Shown here one piece after another: positions 1 to 9,958 of a stretch of 64,000 nucleotides of DNA. The DNA is taken from NCBI RefSeq assembly GCF_964355755.1, contig NC_092673.1, positions 62,001 to 126,000 of the forward strand, given 5' to 3'. The translations under genes and the position numbers were made by a program. This stretch comes from Antedon mediterranea (taxonomy: Eukaryota; Animalia; Echinodermata). The notes beneath the pieces were generated by a model. The model saw nothing but the letters and a program-made list of their open reading frames with translations. It searched no databases and was not told where the DNA came from. Positions within the stretch are counted from its first letter, which is position 1. Each line of letters starts with the position of its first letter.

Positions 1-655
1 CCCTTGTTTTAAAATGTATATTTATTTGTTTTGTCAGCATAACAATGATAAATGCAAGTTTGATACAATTAAAATAATTTTAGTATTTTATTTATTTTAT
101 TTCAACAATATTTAATAAGGGTGGTCCATCCAGCATCAGCTGATCATAGGGACCCTCAAACAATACAAACAGTAAATACAAAATAAACTATAAAAACACA
201 AAATTAACAAAGATAAAAAAATTTTGTGTTTCAAGGGACAATACATCTTTAAGTAAACAATATTATGGATTGCCACCGTTTCCTTAATTAATTTGAACAA
301 TCGGCGGTAAAGGAGCAATTTCATAGCCCTCTGTCGCAGAGTTTTTGAGGATCTTTGTGTTGGTTTTGTTGTTGCTTTTAAAACATGCTATTCCCATAGT
401 ATGTTGGTGTAAAAAATACTATAAGTGCAGTATAGCCCTTGTTTTAAAATGTATATTTATTTGTTTTGTCAGCATAACAATCATAAATGCAAGTTTGATA
501 CAATTAAAATAATTTTAGTATTTTATTTATTTTATTTCAACAATATTTAATAAGGGTGGTCCATCCAGCATCAGCTGATCATAGGGACCCTCAAACAATA
601 CAAACAGTAAATACAAAATAAACTATAAAAACACAAAATTAACAAAGATAAAAAA
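1..655. repeat. Tandem duplication, ~435-bp period (1-220 repeated at 436-655), second copy ends at the Penelope element
   Basis: cccttgttttaaaatgtatatttatttg...aacaaagataaaaaaa occurs at 1 and at 436, near-identical. Confidence 0.9.
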
Positions 656-1140
656 ATAAATATATATTTGGTCTACCTGCAGATTTGGTCATTTCAACAC
701 AAATGACTCTTCGGATGATTTTAGGGCTTTTAGGAAACCCTGCAGAAGGTTCGTTCGGACTTATAACAAGAATCGGAGCAACACCTCTGATTCAGTTGTT
801 GAAATTAATTGCCGACTTTCCGAAGGAGAGAAAAAACTTCTTTCCCGAGGACTTAAATTCTGCCCAAAACCAAGGCAGGTCGGCGCACAACAACTATCTT
901 TGGATATGGAGTCTTTCTCCAGAAGATTACGATTACGTGAACACTTTGCTGATTCAGACAGCAGCACCACGCAAAACGAAGGCAACGCTAACAAATTTAA
1001 ACCAAAAAGTTCCTGGAATCCACCTAAAAATCGTTTAAAAAACATTTATTCAGGCTATTGAGGAGGATGTACAAAACTACGTCCCGAGTCCAGATAAACG
1101 TGACAATCTCTCAAAACAAGAGAGGCAGGCCATTGCCAAA

Positions 1141-2991
1141 TTGCGTCAGCGTAATGATATTATCATTAAACCAGCTGATAAAGGTTCTGCCACTGTTGCC
1201 ATGGACATCAAATTTTATGAAGAGGAGTCCTTAAGACAGTTAAACAATCCTCTTCATTATCGTAAACTTACAACGGATCCCACCCCGGAAATTGCGGATA
1301 AGGTGGCCAAATCTGTATCTGTGATGGTAAAAAAACACTCCATCGATCCTAAGATTGGACCTCATTTGGCACAGGTCAATCCAGTTCCAGGCAGATTTTA
1401 TTTCCTACCTAAAATCCACAAAGCAGGCAATCCTGGTAGACCCATTATTTCGGGCAATGGCACTGCTACAGAGAAAATTTCTGAATATGTGGATGATTTA
1501 CTAAGACCATATGTGACTGATCTCCCTTCATACATTCAGGACTCCACGGACTTTATCCGCAAAATTAACCAAATTCAAAATTTACCTAATAATTCTGTTC
1601 TGGCTACATTAGATGTTTCATCATTGTATACTAATATCCCTCACGAAGAAGGAGCCGACGCATGTATTTTAAATTACACACAAATTCCAGGCAAAACGCC
1701 TACTAAAGCTCATTTACGAGAACTGGTCATGTTGATTTTAACCAACAACAATTTTATTTTTGGAAATGACCATTACCTTCAAATTCATGGCACAGCGATG
1801 GGCACAAAAATGGCGCCATCTTTTGCAAATTTATTTATGGGACAATTTGAGGCCAATTTTCTGTCCCTCCAACCAAATAAACCACTTGTTTGGTTTAGAT
1901 ACATTGACGACATCTTCATGATCTGGACCCATGGTGAAGATAATTTGGAATCTTTTCTTCTCAATATTAATTCAGCCCACCCAACTATCAAATTTACAGC
2001 TACCAAATCCACTAGTAGCGTTGATTTTTTGGACACTATAGTGACCATAGAAAATGGTACACTCAAAACTGACCTATTCCGTAAACCCACGGATAAAAAT
2101 ATGTACCTGCTCCCTAGCAGTTGTCACCCCCGACACTGTACTAAAAACATACCGTACAGTCAAGCATTACGTATCAGACGTATCTGTTCTTCAGATTTAG
2201 ATTTTCAGAATCGTACGAAGAAACTAACCGGACATCTCCGGAATAGAAATTACAAGAAGGAATACATCGAAACTGCTATAAAGAAAGCAAAAGATATTCC
2301 TCGATGTCAAACACTGACGTACAAACCACGTCAGCCAAAAAAATCGACCAGAGTGCCATTGGTCACAACCTACCACCCTAGGTTGCCTCCATTACGGGCT
2401 ATTATTGAGAAACATATGCCCATTCTACAGTCCATAGAACGTCTCATGACTGTTTTTCCGGAACCACCCATTATTGCATTTCGTAGACCTCCCAACCTTC
2501 GTGATATATTAGTCAGATCCAAATTTAAGAGTGAAATTAACTCTCATGACAGCCAAAATTTGGGCAGTCACCTTTGCGGCAAATCTTGCAAAACTTGTTC
2601 ATTGGTTGATTCTACTGAAAAATTTGAGAGTAACCAAACTGGCCGCATTTTTCGGATAAGACAATCAATTAATTGTCTAACCAAAAACGTCATTTATCTC
2701 ATATACTGTAATATTTGTGGCAAACAGTACGTCGGAGAAACAAAAAACACTCTCCGTATGAGAATGACACAACATAGATCAGCTATCAAAACATTAAAGC
2801 TTGATCAACCTGTAGCCGAACATTTTAATTCAGCTGGTCACTCGATTGCAAATTTCAGAGTTATTGCAATAGACCACGATGTCAAATGGAGCGACAAAAC
2901 TCGCAAAGACAAAGAAAACCACTGGGAATTACTACTTAAAACCACAAAACCTTTTGGACTTAACATTAGGAACATACTCCCAGATCGGTAA
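1141..2991 (+). CDS. Penelope reverse transcriptase + GIY-YIG endonuclease (frameshifted from its N-terminus near 1040)
   Basis: KPADKG, LPKIHK, GRPIISG, LDVSSLYTNIP, GTAMG, RYIDD, FLD, then Cys-rich linker CGKSCKTC and NVIYLIYCNICGKQYVGET...R..QH...GLN. Confidence 0.93.
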   Translation: MRQRNDIIIKPADKGSATVAMDIKFYEEESLRQLNNPLHYRKLTTDPTPEIADKVAKSVSVMVKKHSIDPKIGPHLAQVNPVPGRFYFLPKIHKAGNPGRPIISGNGTATEKISEYVDDLLRPYVTDLPSYIQDSTDFIRKINQIQNLPNNSVLATLDVSSLYTNIPHEEGADACILNYTQIPGKTPTKAHLRELVMLILTNNNFIFGNDHYLQIHGTAMGTKMAPSFANLFMGQFEANFLSLQPNKPLVWFRYIDDIFMIWTHGEDNLESFLLNINSAHPTIKFTATKSTSSVDFLDTIVTIENGTLKTDLFRKPTDKNMYLLPSSCHPRHCTKNIPYSQALRIRRICSSDLDFQNRTKKLTGHLRNRNYKKEYIETAIKKAKDIPRCQTLTYKPRQPKKSTRVPLVTTYHPRLPPLRAIIEKHMPILQSIERLMTVFPEPPIIAFRRPPNLRDILVRSKFKSEINSHDSQNLGSHLCGKSCKTCSLVDSTEKFESNQTGRIFRIRQSINCLTKNVIYLIYCNICGKQYVGETKNTLRMRMTQHRSAIKTLKLDQPVAEHFNSAGHSIANFRVIAIDHDVKWSDKTRKDKENHWELLLKTTKPFGLNIRNILPDR

Positions 2992-3213
2992 AATTATTCC
3001 ATTGACTACCAAAATTTAAGTTTCAATATTAACCACCATTTAAGCTGTTTTTTAGTCTCATTCCAAAATTGTTTATATCTCTACCAAGCTACCTTCTTTG
3101 TTTTCTACTCTTACAGACTCCACCCTGGCTCCCTTTGTTATATTTCTTTTATTCCTGTCCACCCAGGCAGCACTTGCCAGCTTTATACTATGACGTTATC
3201 CAAATTCCTTCAC

Positions 3214-3254
3214 TTGCACTGATGAAGGGCTAGTGTTGCCCGAAAGCTCTGCTA
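3214..3254 (+). ncRNA. Minimal type I hammerhead ribozyme in the PLE 3' repeat
   Basis: GCA-CTGATGA(3219-3225)-A-GGGC-tagtgtt-GCCC-GAAA-GCTC^TGC; helix II gggc/gccc, palindromic AGCT helix III, helix I gca/tgc. Confidence 0.8.
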
Positions 3255-3510
3255 ACTTTTCTGGCTGTTTACTTTATCGTTTTGATTTAGCTTTTTGCTT
3301 TTTATTTTTGTATCTCCATTGAGATCCAGCCACTGATACCCACAGCATTGTCATTTTTTTTTCAGTAATTAGGTTATATGCACATGAAATGCATATAACC
3401 TCTTGATTCTGTCAAAATCTTTATTTATTTATTTATTTATTGGTTATCCGCCTCAAGCGGATAACCTTTGTTATTGTAGTGTTACTTTTTTTTTTTTTTT
3501 TTTTTTTTAT

Positions 3511-5142
3511 TGGTTATCCGCCTCAAGCGGATAACCTTTGTTATTGTAGTGTTACTTTTTTTTTTTTTTTTTTTTTTTATTATTCTTCTTTCTTTCTCGG
3601 ATTTTGTGCACGCGTTTTCTCTTTAACGTGTTAACATAACATGTTGTAACTTCGTCAACATATAGACATTTAACTGAAGATGTACTGCCAAGCTTTTTGA
3701 CGATGTCAGATCCGCGTAGCGTAAGTCACGCGCGATTTTCTGAAAATCTTAAATCGGTCATAACTTCGAAACCGATAAATATTTTTTAACGAAATTTTCA
3801 GCCACGTTTTCTTCACATCAATGGCTAACTTTTGGAATGTTTAACAAATTTTTGGAGACTAGAAAGTTTTCGCGTAAATTGCGTTTGAAATATTTTACTC
3901 TTCTTATTTTGTGCACGCTGTTTCTCTTCAACGTGTTAACATAATATGTTGTAACTTGTTCAGCATTTAGACATTTTACTGAAGTTGTCCAGCCAAGCTT
4001 TTTGACGATGTCAGAGCCGCGTAGCGTAAGTTACGCGTGATTTTCTGAAAATCTTAAATTGGTTACAACTTCGAAACAAATGAATATTTTTTAACGTCAT
4101 TTTCAGCCACGTTTGCTTCACATCAATAGTTAACTTTTTTAACGCTACCGCAATTTGTAACATTAGAAAGTGCGCGCGTAAATGGCGTTTGAAATTTTAA
4201 AATGCTTCAAATCAATTTCTGATTAATTTAGAGCACGATTCAGGTCATTTTAGGCGTTAAAAAAATTGCCACTGGTGCGCACATTTTTACGCGCGCACGG
4301 CGCAGGGAACACGTTTGAGCCTTTCTTTTACACGATTTGTGTTTTTAAATCTTCGGTTAACAATTTTACGTTATTTTATTCACTTTTCAACTTGAAATGG
4401 CGTTCTACGAGCATGTTAAACATGATAGGTTGCGCACGAAAACGTCAACAAATTGTGAAAATGTTGCAAAATATGTCTACTTTTAAAAATGAAACAGTTC
4501 ATCAGAATGCAAGGTTACCCCCATTTTTTATTTTATTTTCTTGCAGTGTATGAATCATAGGTGTGATTTATTATAGTCTTGAATGTTAAAAAGTGTTTGA
4601 TGGCTACATTATTTGCATATTAAATGTAATTTTTGAAATAATTGTCATCAAACAAACATAAACATATTCAAAGAGCAAAACAATAAACATAACGTTTATC
4701 TTTTTTCTTTACATGTTAATATATAAAACTTGAAAGTATGCACTTTCATAATATGTCACTGTTTAAAATTTGTGAAGATTTCATCATAGTAAAAATTATG
4801 ATTTAAGTTGATTATGTAATAATCAACTTGCATCAAAGGGGGGTTCACGGCATACCGAATGAACGAGGACTCTTTCTTCGGATTTTCTTCAGCAGGTGCT
4901 CATATGGCTGGATGTGTAGTGCAACCGACTTTGGTATCAGAAGTACCGGGTTCGAATCCCATAATGGGAAAACAATTAGTTAAAAGGATTTTTTTGGTTA
5001 TTACACTGAAAGGGCAGTTTTAATTTTGAATAGGCTACTTTTTTTGGAAAAGTCATAACTAAGAAGTACTTTAATACGCAAAATACGTTTTGTTGCGGGC
5101 GGATAACCAAACTCGTCCTCAAGTGACGAGTTTAAGTTCTAG
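3511..5142 (+). mobile_element. HINE family A, inner copy
   Basis: Second identical head at 3511; body near-identical to 5143-6704 (offset 1563); CTAG at 5139-5142. Confidence 0.8.
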
Positions 5143-6459
5143 TTATTCTTCTTTCTTTCTCGGATTTTGTGCACGCGTTTTCTCTTTAACGTGTTAACAT
5201 AACATGTTGTAACTTCGTCAACATATAGACATTTAACTGAAGATGTACTGCCAAGCTTTTTGACAATGTCAGATCCGCGTAGCGTAAGTTACGCGCGATT
5301 TTCTGAAAATCTTAAATCGGTCATAACTTCGAAACCGATAAATATTTTTTAACGAAATTTTCAGCCACGTTTTCTTCACATCAATGGCTAACTTTTGGAA
5401 TGTTTAACAAATTTTTGGAGATTAGAAAGTTTTCGCGTAAATTGCGTTTGAAATATTTTACTCTTCTTATTTTGTGCACGCTGTTTCTCTTCAACGTGTA
5501 AACATAATATGTTGTAACTTGTTGAGCATTTAGACATTTTACTGAAGTTGTCCAGCCAAGCTTTTTGACGATGTCAGAGCCGCGTAGCGTAAGTTACGCG
5601 TGATTTTCGGAAAATCTTAAATTGGTTATAACTTCGACACAAATGAATATTTTTTAACGTCATTTTCAGCCACGTTTGCTTCACATCAATAGTTAACTTT
5701 TTTAACGTTACCGCAATTTGTAACATTAGAAAGTGCGCGCGTAAATGGCGTTTGAAATTTTAAAATGCTTCAAATCAATTTCTGATTAAATTAGAGCACG
5801 ATTCAGGTCATTTTAAGCGTTTAAAAAATTGCCACTGGTGCGCACATTTTTACGCGCGCACGGCGCAGGGAACACGTATAAACATTTCTTTTACACGATT
5901 TGTGTTTTTAAATCTTCGGTTAACAATTTTACGTTATTTTATTCACTTTTCAACTTGAAATGGCGTTCTACGAGCACGTTAAACACGACAGGTTGCGCAC
6001 GAAAACGTCAACAAATTATGAAAATGTTCCTAAATATGTCTACTTTTAAAAATGAAACAGTTCATCAGAATGCAAGGTTACCCCCATTTTTTATTTTATT
6101 TTCTTGCAGTGTATTAATCATAGGTATAATTTATTATAGTCGTGAATGTTAAAAAGTGTTTGATGGCTACATTATTTGCATATTAAATGTAATGTTTGAA
6201 ATAATTATCATCAAACAAACATAAACATATTCAAAGATTAAAACAATAAACATAACGTTTATCTTTTTTCTTTACATGTTAATATATAAAACTTGAAAGT
6301 ATGCACTTTCATAATATGTAACTGTTTAAAATTTGTGAAGATTTCATCATAGTAAAAATTATGATTTAAGTTCGATATGTAATAATCAACTTGCATCGAG
6401 GGGGGTTCACGACATACCGAACGAACGAGGACTCTTTCTTCGGATTTTCTTCAGCAGGT

Positions 6460-6532
6460 GCTCATATGGCTCGATGTGTAGTGCAACCGACTTTGGTATC
6501 AGAGGTACCGGGTTCGAGTCCCGTCACGGGGA
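6460..6532 (+). other. tRNA-derived cassette inside HINE A (also 4898-4970; more decayed in family B at ~7771-7837 and ~9185-9250)
   Basis: A-box-like TGGCTCGATG, B-box GGTTCGAGTCC in a cggg/cccg T-arm, ~72-nt span; acceptor stem decayed. Confidence 0.6.
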
Positions 6533-6704
6533 AACAATTAATTAAAAGGGTTTATTTGGTTATTACACTGAAGGGGCAGTTTTAATTTTGAATAGCCTAC
6601 TTTTTTTGGGAAAAGTCATAACTTAGAAGTACTTGAATACGCAAGATACGTTTTGTTGCGGGCGGATAACCAAACTCGTCCTCAAGTGACGAGTTTAGAT
6701 CTAG

Positions 6705-8180
6705 TTAGGTTATATGCATTATCATGCATATAACCTCTTGATTCTGTCAAAATCTTTATTTATTTATTTATTTATTCTTTCCTTAGCACTATTTTGTCCG
6801 TGAATTATCTTGATATCAGTTTCATCTATTTAAGTCAATTTTTCAGAGTATATTCCTTATGGCCAGGAATCGATGTGGTTATATTTTCACGATGCGTAAT
6901 CAAAAATTACGCGGTCTACGCGCGATTTTACGAAATCACGTTTGTAATCATATCTTCACAAGCATGAATCACAATTAAACAAAATTTGGTACTCATAAAT
7001 TTCAGGTCATATTTCATCATATGGCAATACAATTACGTGCGTAGCGCATATAACGCTTGCGTACGCGCGCTTAAAATGTTCAAAATTGTCAAAATTTATT
7101 TTCGATGAAATTAGAGTACGTTTCAGGCAATTTTAAGCGTTTAAAAAATTGCCATGAGTGCGCAGATTTTTGCACGCGCACTGCGCGTTATACGTTAATG
7201 CGCACTCTTTTTGTCCGATTTCGGTTGTACAACCTTTCTTTAATAATATCATCATATTTTATTCACTTTTCAACGCGTAATTGCCTTATACGAGCACGTC
7301 AAAAGTGACAGGCTACGCACGTGTAAGTTAACAAAATGGTGAAAATATGCTAAATTTTAAAATTAATATAGATCGTCAGAATGCTCGGGAACACATATTT
7401 TTTATTTCATTTTCTTGAAGTGTATGTATCTTATGTATGATTTATTATTAAACTAAGAGAACAAAAGTTGATTAAGCCATAATTAATTGCATATTAAATT
7501 AAAAAAAAATCATTTCGACAATCAAACAAATTATGACATTTTCTTAGGCCAAAATAACAAACTTAACATTAACTTTCTTCCTCCAAAAGTTCATATATTA
7601 AAGTTAAAAGTATATAGTTTGACAGTGCATCATTTTTGTACATTTTTAGAGATGTCATCATAGTAAAAAATTATAATTCATTGCGGTATGTAATAATCTA
7701 TCTGCACCAAAGTGGTTACTGCATAGTAAATACACGGAGGAATTTTTCTACAATTTTTAGACAGTTGTGTATGGCTCGGTGGTGTGTGCTCGTGTCTATG
7801 GCACTCAAGGTACCGAGATCGAGTCTCACCTTTGGAAACGAAATAAGATTTTTTTTTTATTATTCGTATTGTTTGTTCAAATTTATTTCTTAGTGTATAT
7901 ATTATACACATGATTTATAATGAAATCTAGATAAAAAATAACTTATGTCTTTATTATTATGTAACAGCAAATGTGGTTTATGACATTATACGCAGAGGGA
8001 TCTTTGATCGGATTGTGATACCGGCTATTGTATTCGCGTTAGCAAGGTCCTATCATATATTATAAATAATTAAAGAATCTGAGAAAATCAATGAATCAAA
8101 ATATCTTTTAAAAATCAATTATCTTTATTAAAATCAATGCATATAACCTATAATTCGTCATAGTGACGAATTAAATCTAG
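6705..8180 (+). mobile_element. HINE family B, inner copy
   Basis: Head identical in type to 3369; ends with subTIR + hairpin + CTAG 8177-8180; body near-identical to 8181-9596. Confidence 0.8.
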
Positions 8181-9958
8181 TTTATCTATTCTTTCCTTAG
8201 CACTATTTTGTCCGTGAATTATCTTGGCATCAGTTTCATCTAGCTAAGTCAAGTTTTCAGAGTATATTCCTTATGGCCAGGAATCGGTGTGGTTATATTT
8301 TCACGATGCGCAATCAAAAATTACGCGGTCTACGTGCGATTTTACGAAATCACGTTTGTAATCATATCTTTACAAGCATGAATCACAATTAAACAAAATT
8401 TGGTACTCATAAATTTCAGGTCATATTTCATCATATGGCAATACAATTACGTGCGTAGCTCATATAACGCTTGCGTACGCGCGCTTAAAGTGTTTAAAAT
8501 TGTCAAAATTTATTTTCGATGAAATTAGAGTACGTTTCAGGCAATTTTAAGCGTTTAAAAAATTGCCATGAGTGCGCAGATTTTTGCACGCACACTGCGC
8601 GTTAAACGTTAATGCGCACTCTTTTTGCCCGATTTCTGTTTTACAATCTTTCTTTAATAATATCATCATATTTGATTCAGGTTTCAACTCGAAATTGCGT
8701 TATACGAGCACGTCAAAAGTGACTGGCTACGCACGTATAAGTTAACAAAATGGTGAAAATATGCTAAATTTTAAAATTAATATATATCGTCAGAATGCAG
8801 GGGAACACCTATTTTTTATTTCTTTTTCTTGAAGTGTATGTATCATATGTATGATTTATTATCAAATAAAGAGAACAAAAGTTGATTAAGTCATCATTAA
8901 TTGCATATTAAATTTAAAAAAAATAATTTCGACAATCAAACAAATTATGACATTTTCTGAGGCCAAAATAACAAACTTAACATTAACTTTCTTCCTTCAA
9001 AAATTCATATATTAAAGTTAAAAGTATGTAGTTTGACAGTGCATCATTTGTATACATTTTAAAGATGTCATCATAGTAAAAAATTATAATTCGTTTCAGT
9101 ATGTAATAATCTATTTGCATCAAAGTGGTTACTGCATAGTAAATACACGGAGGAATTTTTCTACAACTTTTAGTCAGTTGTGTACGGCTCTCGGTGGTCT
9201 GTGCTCGTCTCTATGGCATTCAAGGTACCGAGATCGAGTCTCACCTTGGGAAACGAAATAAGATTTTTTTTTTTATTATCCGTATTGTTTGTTCAAATTT
9301 ATTTCTTAGTGTATAGATTATATACATGATTTATAATGAAATCTAGATAAAAATTAACTTATGTCTTTATTATTATGTAACAACAAATGTGGTTTATGAC
9401 ATTATACGCATATGGATCTTTGATCGGATTGTGATACCGGCTATGGTGTTCGCGTTAGCAAGGTCCTATAATATATTATAAATAATTAAAGATTCTGAGA
9501 AAATCAATAAATCAATTTATCTTTTAAAAATCAACTATCTTTATTTAAATCAATGCATATAACCTATAATTCGTCATAGTGACGAATTAAATCTAGTTTG
9601 CCTTAGATTTATATATATAAATATACTGTGTTTTGTATTTCAACATTGTAAAATTTATTAAAATATAATATGTTTATTAAATAAAATGAATGTTTATTAC
9701 ATTTTCAATTGAAGAATTTAATAATTTATTAAACTGTGTGTTGCGCGTGGGTACGACGTGTGTGTGTGTGTGTGTGTGTGACGGCGTCGTGTGAAAAGAA
9801 GTTATGATCGAGACACAACGTGAATACAGTATATAGAGGGCGGAGGAGGAAGACTCACTACGAAAATCATCTAGCCTAGGCCTAGAGAGATGTGTTTTGT
9901 TTTGTTTCAATATTAATTATTAAATCTAGCCTTGCTTGTATGTAGGCCTATGCCTATA

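Larger units (their letters stand above)
663..3368 (+). mobile_element. Penelope-like retroelement (Neptune type), 5'-truncated; its last bases resume at 9597-9620 after the HINE nest
   Basis: RT + GIY-YIG ORF; upstream frame 663-1040 encodes the PLE N-terminal motif LSEGEKKLLSRGLKFCP; hammerhead in the 3' region; TA-rich flanks. Confidence 0.93.
3441..6704 (+). mobile_element. HINE family A, outer copy (head 3441-3510, body 5143-6704)
   Basis: 5' hairpin ggttatccg..cggataacc; 3' subTIR gcggataacc + hairpin aaactcgtc/gacgagttt + CTAG 6701-6704. Confidence 0.8.
3369..9596 (+). mobile_element. Non-autonomous Helentron (HINE/DINE-like) family B, outer copy (head 3369-3440, body 8181-9596)
   Basis: 5' hairpin aggttatatgca..tgcatataacct; 3' subTIR atgcatataacct + hairpin taattcgtca/tgacgaatta + CTAG 9593-9596; T-rich target, no TSD. 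Confidence 0.8.

Noticed and set aside
685-1038. 117-aa ORF as a PLE ORF1
   Set aside because: The conserved PLE motif is in a different frame; this ORF is incidental
6460-6532. Functional tRNA gene
   Set aside because: Acceptor and anticodon stems are decayed, and it lies inside a transposon
4266-7911. Short ORFs in HINE bodies, and similar ORFs at 32903-34757 and 45260-48169
   Set aside because: No domain signal, non-ATG starts, located in non-autonomous repeats
3580-9596. Simple tandem duplications or rolling-circle concatemers
   Set aside because: The number and order of heads and CTAG ends fit nested insertion
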